This document shows, in pieces, positions 24,093 to 36,346 of a stretch of DNA of 64,000 nt. Each line of letters starts with the position of its first letter. Within the stretch, counting starts at the first letter, position 1. The stretch spans positions 27,932 to 91,931 of the forward strand of contig DF237324.1 in NCBI GenBank assembly GCA_000708835.1, given 5' to 3'. This stretch comes from Klebsormidium nitens (Eukaryota; Plantae; Klebsormidiophyceae). A program made the position numbers and the translations under genes. Under the pieces are notes generated by a model, which saw nothing but the letters and a program-made list of their open reading frames with translations, was not told where the DNA came from and did not search any database.

Positions 24093-27000
24093 ATGGACCT
24101 CCTTCGGCAGTACAGCGAGGAAGACGATGAGCCGCGGTCTGCTCACAACGGGGGATTGACCGAGGAGCCCCCGTCCACATCAGGCCGGATGCTAGACGAC
24201 GATCGAGAGGCATCCCCCGAAATCCTCTCGCTTCCGTCTAAGTCCTCCGCTCCTGTAGTTAGTAGTGCCATCATTGTCAAGCACCAGACCGAAAGCGCTG
24301 ACCCGGGGTTACGGGTCGTCGACCCCTCCAAAAAGCTGGTTAGCTATAACCCCACGGTTGACCAGCTCTACGCCCCGGTGGTCGGCCCCGCACATCCCTA
24401 CGCGAAAGATGGGTTGGCGAACGGCGCACGGAACCATAAGCAGGGGGTGGTCGAGGACGCGTTCATCGCGCCGTTCAATTTCGACGAGCAGTACAACACG
24501 TACCAGACGTTTGGATATGCAGCGGACCCGTCGGCTGCGAACGGGGCGCTCGTAGGAGATGAGACGGCGATGAAAAGCTATGACGGGGCCACCGTGTATA
24601 ACATCCCGGCAAGGGAGCAGAAGAGGCGGAAGCTCGAAGCTGCGGCGCAGAAGGAGGGAGAGGAACAGGACGAAGAGGCGGGGAACGTTGCGTCCGAGAA
24701 TTGGTTGAAAGCAAAGAGCCCCTGGGCGGGGAAGAAGGAGTATGTGCAGCCGGAACTTACGGTGAGGAGCCTAAGAGCCGTTCAAATGCTCGTGGCAATC
24801 GTGCGAACAACTGATTGGCCCCGTTCCGTGCAAGATGCTACAATCACTGAACGAGCAGAAAGCTTATCTTGAAGCTCTGTATGTTAAGGTCCTGGCGAGC
24901 TCCTTTCAATAATTGCCTCCTTCACTCAATTTGGACAGTGGGATCCCAGAGCTTATTTAGTTGACGTCACCTCTGGGTCCATGGTCTGCTTTTTCTTGAT
25001 GGAAAAATGGTTTTCTCGTGCAAAAGCGGATCCCATACGACTCTGCAAACGTGACAAAAAGCATTGGTGTCTTCATGAATTCAATCGAGTCCCCTGAACT
25101 GCTGACAAACCCTCGGGCTTCTCGCTTCTCAAAGCCAAATTCAGCAGGCTTCGAATCCGTTGTCAGTAGATTCTTCACCACAAATCGTCGTTCTAGAGAG
25201 CTTTTGGCGCCCTCTTCACTGCTTTTGTTTGAGTTTTGAAGTTTGATGTATAAGGTTTGGTTCAGGAATTGCAAAGAACCACCCCCCCCACCGTTCCTTT
25301 CTGGAGGACCCAGGAGAGCCGCACTTTGCTTTCTATATTGCACTTTCATGAGGATTCTGCCCCTTCCTGTCCGCTACTGGGTCTCAAAACGAAGAGATTT
25401 CTTCTCTTCACTGACCTTCAGAACCGAACTGACTTCCTACACTTCTTTTGAAGTCTTTTGGACATCCTCCGTTCACCTCCTTCAGGAAGATCAGAAAGAC
25501 ATCTGCTCTAGCATCTCGCTCAGTGACTCCAAACCCCACTCTGAACCCCCCCTGAAACCCGCTCGTCTTCCTTACCCCCCAGGAGGAGCAAAAGAAGTAT
25601 GCGGAGGAGCACGCCGCGAAGCAGAAGGGCAAGGAGAAGGGCGACAAGCCGGTCACGGAGGACAAGAGCGTGTTCCACGGGAAGGAGGAGCGGGACTATC
25701 AGGGCCGGTCCTGGATCGAGCCGCCGAAAGACATCAAGGCGCAGAACGAGCATTGCTACATCCCGAAGCGCTGGGTGCACACGTGGTCCGGGCACACGAA
25801 GGGCGTGGCGGCGATACGCTTCTTCCCAAAGAGCGGGCACTTGCTGCTGTCGGCCAGCATGGATACCAAGATCAAGGTGAGAATCACTTGTTTCACTGAC
25901 TGATTTAATGAATTATGAGTTTCAGATTGTGTAAGTCGAGAATGATCTGGGCCGGAGGGTTCAGGGTTTGAATCACTTGATGATTTTGGCCTGCATGGAA
26001 CACGACATTGGCGTTCGAGGAGGGGGGTTTGTGTTCTGATCCCTTGCAGCTCAATCTTGTGCATGTTGTGGGGGGCTAGGGCATTTGCGGCTGAAGCAGA
26101 GGTTTCGAATTACGTTTCTTCAGAATTCTTGCCAGATTGGTTCTATGTTCGGAGGTCCTGATGCCGTGTCCTCGATTCAAAGGCCTTTACCAGATGCCCT
26201 TTTCACATCTACCCTTCTTAGTCGCTGTCGTTGACTCGTACCTATGGAGGCATTTGAGAAAAGACTTGAAGAAGAGACCAAGATGCGGAGGTACTCCACG
26301 GTCGATTTGTAGATATTCAATTTGTGAGATGCCCTCTTTGCTAAGGTTAGGATGCAGGCAATAAACGGTTAACTGACGACATTAATTTGTTCCGTACAGA
26401 TTTGGGACGTGCACGGCAGTGGCAAGTGCATGCAGACGTACATGGGCCACTCCAAGGCTGTGCGTGACGTCACCTTCAACAACACGGGCACGCGCTTCTT
26501 GAGCGCCAGGTAAGCAGACTGCTGAGCTCGCTCACGATGATACCAAAGAAAAGATGGACAGGCGTCCTCGAACCGAAGAGTCGGAAAGAGGACTGTTTCT
26601 CATCTGGTCCCGTATCTCGTCTCATCGTTGTCTCGTATCAGCCTCGTACCTCCCAACGCAAGTGTCCACCTCAGCTGCGTTCTGTCAAGTCTGCCCGTGC
26701 GTTTTGCAGCTTCCATTCAAGGTTGCATTTCCTTCGATCCAACTACATGCTCCTCGTCACACCTTAGAACAAGCTGTGAGCAGGGCAGTCGACTGTTTCA
26801 TCACTTCAAACCTCTGGCACCTCTTTTGGTGCTCACAGCATCCCAGCTTTGACCGCAGACCAAGCTCTGACAACCGAAAGTGATATTGTGCAGTGCAACT
26901 GGATCTCGTCATGACTCACCCCGAAGCTGCTCCGCCGCTCTAAAAGTTCCGCCGCTTGTAAAGCTCTGCGCCCATCGCAATCCCCATTCGCTTTGCAGCT

Positions 27001-30000
27001 TCGAGCGGTGTGTCCTGGACATAGGCTGCGCCGTGCTCTGTTCCATGTTATGTGAACCCCTGCCTTCCCACCACCTCGTTTCAGTCTCTCACATCACACC
27101 CCCGATCGCTTTTGCAGTTATGACCGCAACATCAAGCTGTGGGATACGGAGACAGGCGCGGTGCTCAAGACCTTCTCCACGGGCAAGGTGCCGTACGTCG
27201 TCAAGTTCCATCCCGACGAGGACAAGCAAAACGTGATCCTCGCGGGGATGTCGGACAAGAAGATTGTCCAGTGGGACACGGAAACTGGCGAGATTACCCA
27301 GGTTAGTGCTTAAATTCTGTTACGACACCCAGATTCTGTTCTATAAAAGCGGTCAAGGTAGTCTGCGAGATTTGTGCAGGCCCAGATACGCAAACCTCTG
27401 GCGCGACGTTTTCTGGAGGGTGGCCATGGCCAAGGCGATAGGCCTGCAGAATTTGGGGTTTGGACTGGTGCCTAGACTCGCGTCTTCGAGGATTTTCCTC
27501 CGTGCGAAGCTGGAGGTGTCGACGTCGAATCCCAATTTCTGGAGACAGACACCGAGGATTGGACTGCAATCAACCAGGATAAATATAGCATCTCAAAGGA
27601 ACTGATTTGTGTCAGTTCCTTCGTCACAAGCTCGGCCCCTCTGACACTCTATTGCGATGATGACGCAGGAGTACGATGAGCACTTGGGCGCGGTGAACAC
27701 GATCACGTTCGTGGACGACAACAAGCGCTTCGTGACCAGCAGCGACGACAAGTCGCTGCGCGTGTGGGACTGGAACATCCCCGTCGTCATCAAGTACATC
27801 AGCGAGCCTACCATGCACTCTATGCCCGCGATCTCGATGCACCCCGACGGTGAGGGGCCCATTCCTTCCGGTTCTCTTCCGGTTCCGTTCCGGTTCCGTT
27901 TGTCTTTATTTGGTTGCAATTTGTGCGGAGCGTTTTACCGGTTTCAGATAGTGTCCTTTGTCGGGCCTATTTTCCTTTTTCTCTTGCTCATGATGCGATC
28001 CATGCCGGCCATTTCGATGCACCCCGACGGTGAGGGGCGCATTCCTTTCGGTCCTATTCCGGTTCCGGTTCCGGTTCCGCTTGTCTTTTTGTCATCAAGT
28101 ACATCAGCAAGCCCACGATGCACTCCATTCCTGCGATCTCGATGCACCTCGACGGTGAGGAACTCATTCCTTCCGGTCCTGTTCCGGTTCCGTTTGTCTT
28201 TTTTCAATAAGTACATTAGCGAGCCCACGATGCACCCAATGCCCGCAACCTCGTTGCACCCCGACGGTGAGGGGCGCACTCCTTTCAGTCCTGATCAGCT
28301 CCTGTGCCATTTCCGGTCCTGTTCCGGTTATGTCTCTCGTTCTGTCATCAGGTTAATCAGCTCATGATGGCATGCCGGCTATTCCAATGAATCCTGACCG
28401 TGAGACATTCAAAGCATACAAAATGGTCCATGTTTTGCTTCTCCTTCTCTTTTTCTCTCTTCTTAGAAGCGCCTTCTCGTACCCCTCTTTACATACGGCT
28501 CCCCATCGGAAGGAAAGTTTCTCTCTTGACTCGGTCTTCGGTTTGGACTATTGCCTTCGCTTTGCTTTGGATTCCTGCGTTCGTGGTAGGCAGCTTCTCG
28601 CTGGTCCGTATTCTTTGCACTTCTTTTCTTCACCCTCCAACGTCGAAAGCGTCAGTCTGTCTCGTACAGCAGCAGGCAGCTGACTGTGTTTGCCTCTTTA
28701 CCTGTCTGCAGGCAAGTACTTTGCCGCGCAGTCCCTGGACAACCAGATTCTGATCTACGGTGCGCGGGACCGCTTCCGGCTCAACCGCAAGAAGGTCTTC
28801 AAGGGCCACCTCAACGCGGGCTACGCATGTCAGGTCAACTTCTCGCCAGATGGAAGGTAAGTTCCGCCTTTATTGTGATCTGTGGCCCACTTGTTTTTTT
28901 CCACACATCAAAGGGAAGCAGGTCTGCGGCGAGCCTTAAAGCCTTCCCAAAGTTTGCACCTTTTGCCCTGCAGGCACTCCCTTTTGCAGCCCGTATGGAC
29001 AAAGGATAATCTGCCCACTTGTATAATCATTTACAGCAGTCGCCCCGCCTCTCTCGTGTTTCTGCTTGTTCCAGTCTTGACGTGCATGGAACCGTCATTT
29101 TGAGCGACGCACTTCGTGCCTGTCATCCAAGAAAAACCAATCAGCTTCTTCTAGATGCGGCTTCCAGATTTTGCACGTGCAGGGTTCAATCGGCTCCATC
29201 AGGCGATGAGGAGGGGCCGGTCTGCTCCCGGAATCCATGAAAGATACTCCTGAGAGATTCTTACGCTGAAACCTTCATCGCGCGTTCGTTACTGTCGGCT
29301 CAAGCAACAAGTTCGGACACGCAGGTTCTTAATGTCGGGGGGCGCAGAGGGGCGGCCCTAGAGGATACCTCCAGAAGAATCTTTTATGCCGAAACTTTCA
29401 TCGCGCATGCGTGACTGTCGGCTTACTCTAAGATTACCGACACGCAGGTTCGTCATGTCGGGCGATGCGGAGGGGCGGCTGTTCTTCTGGGACTGGAAGA
29501 CGTGCAAGATCTTCCGCACGTTCAAGGCGCACGACCAGGTGACCATCGGCTGCGAGTGGCACCCCCTCGAGACCAGCAAGGTCGCCACCTGCTCCTGGGA
29601 CGGCACCATCAAGTACTGGTGAGCTGCTGACGTCACGTTCACGTCATGTTTGTTGTCTTGATGACGCCACTTTCTCGTTTGGGGCTGTGAATTTCCGAGA
29701 CCACCGAAGTCGCCTTCCGCTCCTGGGACGGCACCATCAAGTACTTGTCAGCTGCTGACGTCTTGTACAGTGCATGCGCGTCGCCTTGATGACGTCATTC
29801 TTTGTTGGGACTTTTGATTGACTGGGCGCTTGCACCCCCTCGAGACTAGCAGGATCGCCTCCATGTGATGGTGCTAGTTAAGCAGTAGCTAGTTCCTGTT
29901 GTCGTCCCCGTTACGGTGCTCGGATGGCGTCAGCATTGATGCATTTGAGCACCCCCCCGGGATAATAATAAGAACGACTTATGAGCCACTCGCAGTTGGT

Positions 30001-30163
30001 GAGGGCAATTGCTGCTTATGGAGTGTAGCGTCTGAGCTTGACGACTTTCAGTTGGATGCCATCGGGAAACAGCAATTGCCAGCTAGCCTGGTTGATGCGG
30101 ACGACATTCAGTAATCAGAGGATTGTTGCGCTAAAACAAGCCTTCTACTGGTGCAGGGACTAA
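24093..30163 (+). CDS. CDC40: Pre-mRNA-processing factor 17 (WD40 second-step splicing factor)
   Basis: Exons 24093-24761, 25583-25876, 26400-26509, 27118-27301, 27669-27849, 28712-28856, 29448-29618, 30157-30163. Motifs [74 protein letters not shown]. Confidence 0.95.
27785..28400 (+). repeat. Array of 4-5 diverged copies of (PRP17 exon-5 3' end + GTGAGG donor + intron start)
   Basis: Real donor after 27849; copies with the donor intact after 28029, 28154 and 28266; a degenerate copy near 28370-28400. Confidence 0.9.
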
Positions 30164-31413
30164 ATTGGGAGAAGGTTCAAGCAAAGCTTACCCCCTCGAC
30201 CTTTCATATCCTAGAACGAAAAGGCCCGATTAGCAGAGGCTGGCTGCTACCTTGTGTTGAGGCAATAAAAAGAGTAGGTTTGTTTCCATGTGAGATCGTA
30301 TGTCAGCCCAAGACTTGGCGGACTCGACGTTTGGCATTTTTGATCTTGCATGAGTCTGTTGCAGAAGGTTCGAGATCGTCTGCAGCCTTTTGTACCAGAA
30401 TCCAGCGTTTGGGAAACGTGGGTCGTTGAATTTTTCTTCACTTCAGGCTACATCTTCAACTGGATGTTTGCTCATCTTCTGACAATGATCAAACCCACAC
30501 TGGCACGCTTACAATGTTCACTAATCATGCATGACGGGGCAGATTCGTGTACATTGCAGAATTTGCGCCTTGCTTGTCGGCGACCTTGAAGTCGGAACAC
30601 AGTGCATTCAACGACGCGGCCTGATGGGACAGCGCGGTTTCAAATCGGACCGATTGATCATCCAGCGCATGCAGGAAAGCGGTGGGCTTAAAAACTTAGC
30701 ACCGGCGGTTACAATGACCCAGCGTCAGTCCTGGCAACTCTATGATCGGACTGCATTCATGAAGGTGAATGAATGTTTCAAGTTTCGAGTCAAGCCAAGC
30801 TGCACGTTCAGCAGTGCGCTGTGCCAGATATACATGATCGGATCGTGATCAATTCGTAGATTGCACTCTCGCAATTGAATAATCATGCATTATTATATAC
30901 ATATGTCTCTCCATGATCATTAGTATACGCCCATGGGCCTATATAGTGACTCCGTCACTCATATGCACTACAGTATAACTTAGGACTCACAGGAACTAAG
31001 TTCAATGCGTGCATGTTTGCGGCCTGCTTGCCCCGGCCGGCCAATATATATACACAGGCTTCTCTACATCCAGCGCTGTGCCCTCGCGGTGGCAGATGCC
31101 GGCCGCCCCGGCCCCAACTTGACAGCATACGCGCCTGCTCCAAGCAGCGGGCCAAAGGACGCACCATGTTCTAGGTACCAAATCCTTAGCTTTCTCAGAT
31201 TCGTTGATAACCAGGCCAATGGTTCAAGGCCATGGACGACTAGCATGTCTTCATGCACGTTGCACGTCAGCATGCATGCAAATACGATTGAAGTATTGCA
31301 GACACTTGCAAGCTCGACCAGCAACGCGGAAGGATGCTTAGCTGTGCAGACATTCTACATGAAGTGCTCTTTTTACACCGGCCCCCGTTCTTCTTTTCGC
31401 TCTGTTTCTTCGC

Positions 31414-34400
31414 TCACGATACTACAGACTTCTTACACTCGGCCTTGTGTGTCTTCCAGTCGACTTTCTGCAAGAATACGATTTTTTTGATTCAGTGTCT
31501 TGGGAAAGCAAACCTTGCGACCGAGTGAAGCGAACACTTATCCGTATTGGCGGTGTAGGTGCTGGCAAACAGCTTGACAGCCGGCCCTTTGTTATACCAT
31601 GTCCGGTGGCAGATGCCTTAAAAGTTGATTCAAGAATCTGGAAAAACTTCAGATTTGAAGGAAGATATATGTGTGCGTTGAACTCCAAAGAAGGTTGCTT
31701 TATGCGACCAATATAAAGGCGTAACTTGCCATCCGACCATTTGAATGCACAAGCACGTAAAGCGTCCCGAGATGAGGTGAACGAGCCTTCTTGAAAGTAG
31801 CCGCCACAATGATTTGCAAAGACCTTTTCGCAAAAGAGGGTGATAACTTACTTGACATTCTCGAGAACAATATTGAGCTCCATGGCACGCACTGCACAAG
31901 TTAAAAGTCTTTTGGCGGATCTCGACGACCTCCCCCGTGCATGCCTGCACCAAAACACGCCAAAAAGACAACGCATCAAAGTGAGTCTCGAGGAGGACCA
32001 GAACCCCTTTCAAAAAGGCCTCGCTTTGTCACTATTTGGCAGATGAGCACATTTGGGGCCAACTCTCCATAGAGACAACCTGCAGAGGCTTTCGGCCCCA
32101 CAAACTCCTTTGACTTGCTTCGTAAGATCCACTTTTCATTCACATTTGACCTAGCCACTGATGCTATCTCTTAAACATTTCCAAGCTCCTAAAGCGAGGA
32201 GTTTCCAACCAACGGCTTCAGAGTGACCTGGAACAGAATGCTTTTCTGATCCTCAAGGACGGTCCGAGCACAATCAGAGCAGAGCCAAAAACACGCCAAA
32301 GTCTGCAGAGAGAGCCACTCGACTCGAGGACTTCGCCACAACCGAGAAAGAACTACGGAACAAAGCTGCAGTATAAACGGTCAGGTGAAGGGGCTCACCA
32401 AGCGGCTGCAGGGCTTCAAATTGAACTTGGCCGCGTAAACAGTCCAGATCCTCATCCCTTCGCTGCCCAAGCCCTCGTCTGACATACCGTTGAGCGCGCC
32501 AGGCAGCGACGATGACGCACTAGAGCTTGACAGGGCCCGAGAGATCCTCAGCACATTTTGGCACGTCAGTGTTCCGCCGTCCCGAGCGGTCTCCCAAAGG
32601 AACGTTTCTCCCGCCGACTCTAGTTGCCAACACGAGTCGAGAGCCAGCCCGAAGATTCGCAGGAGCGTCCCCAGGAACGGCACGGACCGCTGCATCTCCT
32701 CCACTTTCGCCTCGTTCGACGCCGCTCCTAGTTCGGAGCAGCGCTTGAAGTCCGTTGCCAAACGCTCCGACAGAGCCGCCAGGAGCTTCGTGAACAGCTC
32801 AACCTGTACGCACGTAGCCGGGAACTCGACGCAGGCGAACAGGACCACCCCCGCCGCGTCCTGCACTCGATCGTCCCGCCCGATTGCGCTCATAACACCT
32901 TGCGAGTAGCACACCTGGTCGATCCACTTGAGGCCTTGTTCGACTAGCTTCTCCGCATCCCGCTCAGAGAGCAAGCTCGGCATACTGCCAACCGCCGGTT
33001 GCGGTCTCGTCGTTGTGCGCGAGTCCAGAAAGTCGGAGCAGACCATGTGGGGTTCGAACCAGTCCCTGGCCCCAACTAGGACGGCGAGAAAGTGCCACGC
33101 CGTGTTGATGGAAACCCCGTCGACGAGCTCTCTGGAGATGGCACCAACTAGAGCGTGCGAGTATTTTGGCCAGTCTGCCGGAGGCACCCTCCCTTTGTAG
33201 AAGCAGAACGCTAACAGCCTGCAGTACTGAAGACGGCTGAGGTTCGAGAGGGTCGTGAGGGCGAGCTCGAACGCGTCAACGATCTGCTATGTCAACTTCC
33301 TGAACTCCTTTGAGGAGAGATCTCCTTGGTCGCTTCCAGAAGCCAGAATGGAACCGAGACCCGCCAAGCACCGGACGAAGTCCAGGGGACCCCCTTGAGC
33401 TTCGTGCACGCGCCGCATCTCGGAAAGCATCGTCCCCAAAAGGGTGTCCACTATCCCCGCGCCCAACAGTAACTTGGACTCTATTATCGAGAGGCTCCAC
33501 AACCGGTCTGCTAGCTCATTCACTGCTTTTGCCGGATCTGGCGCTCCTCCCAACTTGACGCTCTGCAACATGACAAGCACCGTACCCAGGTCCGCAGGCA
33601 CTCCGTACCCCTCAGAGTCCCGCATCTTGAAGCGCTGCGCTTCCCGCAAGAAGTGCTCGACGTTCTGTTTGTCAGAGTCCCCGACAAGCGGCTTCAGCTT
33701 CTCAACAACCCTGATCAGCTCTTCGAACTCGTTCCCCATCAGTATGGTCGGGTTCACCCGATCAGCTGTCCCGCAGACGTTGCACAGGTTGAACAGTAAT
33801 CGGTGCATCGCCTCCTGCAAGCTGGTCAGCGGGAGGCCCGGATTGGACGCAAGTCTTTCTTGCTGCAACATCGGAAAGTTCCTCAGCATCGAGTGCATGG
33901 ACTTGCAGAATCGAATCAACCAGCTTAGGAGGCTTGGCGCCGCTTCGCTGCTCAATATCTTTTCTGTTTGCTCCGGTGGATTGGACGCTAAGTTTGAGAA
34001 GGCTGTCATGGTGCCGAGGGCCAGATCCGCCAGGATATCGGCCCGATCCAGCTCCGCCGGCCCCGGGGGATCCCCCGCCAACGGGAAGAAGGATGTGATC
34101 AAGGGAAGGTACCCCTGAGCGAGTGCGCTCTCTGCAAACTCCTGGGAGTTGCTGAGTAAACTCTCCAGCACGCGCGTGAGAAAGTAGCAGCCGTAGAGAA
34201 GGGGCCTCTCGGGGGCGAGGAGAGCTGGGGTGTGGGTCAGGCTCGCCTGGGCGCGCTGCTGGAGGCGAGTGCCGAACTGATGCAGCGCGGTGACTGCAGA
34301 GCTACAGGAGGCGACCTGGAAGGAAGGGGGAAGAGAATGATGATAGAACAGTCATCTAGAGACGTTGTGTAAGCCAATCATAGGAGAGTCTGCTGAGTGC

Positions 34401-35691
34401 GATGAAAGGACCCGACGAGAGGAAACACCATAAGAGGTCCTCTTATACATTTGTCCACAATCGATTCAACTTAAGTGATAGAGTGAACAACTTGTTGATA
34501 CTTCGTCATGAAGATGCAGAATGTTCCCAAAGGGCAAAGGTTTCCAGAAAGCAAAAGCATCATCGCTTGCGAATGCTGCAGCTCCTCCGCTGTCGTCTTG
34601 ATCATGGAGACACAACCATTAGTCCAGATTGTCCAGATATCCACTAGAAGACACGGTGATGTAAGGAAAGCTGCAAATGGCTGAAGCAGGGCACACATTC
34701 AAGGTAGTACACTCTCCCCACCTGTTTGGCAAAGCTTCGCGACATGCAAACGTAGCGGATGGCGCAAATCGTGGCTGGGGAGTCCTCAAGCTTGAGGCCA
34801 AGAAGGGTCTGGAAGACCCCGCATAACGCCTTTTTATCCTTGATCAGTCTACATAACTGCACAAAAAAGGGGAAATGATATCAGGGACACGTGTAGGGGA
34901 GTATGCGTTTCCCTTTCGAAAGAATCTGCAACTTCACTGGAGCGCCCTTGACCTTTTGCTTCCAGGCAGTTACTCCCGATCAGAACTGCCCCTCTTGAAC
35001 TTGTGCGTTTCTACGCAAGTTGGACTGCAACGCTTTCACCAAAGCAACAGCAACCAATGCAGAACGTCAATGAGTCTGTTTCAATTGAAGAGCTGAAGCG
35101 ATCACTGAGAGAGAACAAAGCCTATCACATGATGTTTCTAGAAGAACAGAGTCGCCGCACCTTCTTGTACGGCTTCGTAGGCTTCAATTGCAGCTGCTGC
35201 TCAATTGACGAGAGGGGCTTGTCGGCAACGACCTCATCGGTGACTGAAACAAACAAATCCGCAGCCTTGGCGAACTTCTTCTCTCCAACCGCTTGGAGGA
35301 AACTGTTCACGAACTTGGACTTGCCCTCCGCCTGTTTCAGAAAGCACCCTGACCGTAAGTGGTTGTTATGTTTGTCAAACTTTGCTGAGCTGCTCACTGC
35401 CCTTTCATAACCTGAATCATCACATCTAGAGGGTTGACATTGATCTATCTGAGTTCTCAGATGTATTCAAATGGCAGCAAGGGCAGTAATTTTCTAGCTG
35501 GGATGTGTAGTGAAAATTGCTTCCCAGTTGCCTGGACTGAACATCAAATGCTCCAGCTAACACATGGCCCAGTTATCAGTGTCTCATGGCTTCCTGTTGA
35601 TTCCTCAATTATGCATCCTCAGCGTTGCATCTTGTAATGCAGACTCCAAATTGCAAAGCGCCTTCACGAAGTAGGGAGCAGCACTCACCAT
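31414..35691 (-). CDS. Large alpha-helical protein with a C-terminal MYND zinc finger; one in-frame TAG at 33289-33287
   Basis: Exons 35691-35689 (ATG only), 35331-35161, 34856-34722, 34315-32399, 31944-31852, 31467-31414, all joining in phase 0. MYND motif CSRLAC..CSACHGAQYCSRECQKVDWKTHKAEC. ORFs 33287..34171 and 32381..33187 are the same frame, separated only by that TAG. Confidence 0.8.
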
Positions 35692-36346
35692 CTTGCACAG
35701 GAAGTCGCTCTCCTCGCAGGCAACCAGAAGCCAGAAACAAACACAATCTGACGCACTAAGCGTCTGATCCAAACGGAGTATTCTGTCAGCAGTGCTTCAT
35801 GCGCAAGGTCCAGGGCCCACTCGCTCTATATTGAGATGACGCAGCACGCCCTGCACGCCCGAGCTCGCCTAGCCGCAGCATTTGGGGCGCTTTGCCTATC
35901 GAACAACCTTACAGCTACCGTACAACAACAACTGCAAGCTCGAGTGTTGTCCAGACAGTGTTTTAGAGACGTTGGTCAGCTCTGCAGCTCTAGACGTCAG
36001 TCTGTTTCGGCTGGCAGAAGCTGCGTGGTCCCCCTGCTCCTGTTGATGTCAGGTCAGCAAGTCGTCAGCATCAACAAATCAAGAACTGCCATGTCAGCAA
36101 AAGAGACCACTTCTGGTGACGTGGCTGGGCATGGGCATGGTCATGTCTGCTGCAGCACCAGCACAGTGCTCAACCACCCAAACAAAAGGAAGGGGGAGCT
36201 CAACTGAGCGCAGAAGGGGTTCCCAACTCGGAGGAGGAGCACTATAGTGGCAAGCAGCTCATTCACTTACAATCTTATATAAAGTTGGTGTTCGCCAAGC
36301 AAACTTGAGGTCAATCAAATTCGTTTGCGGCAGCCCCTGAAACGTC

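Noticed and set aside
25140-25165. GGCTTCGAATCC T-loop-like motif (similar ones at ~33052 and ~60028)
   Set aside because: No cloverleaf or A-box can be formed; two of the motifs lie inside coding exons.
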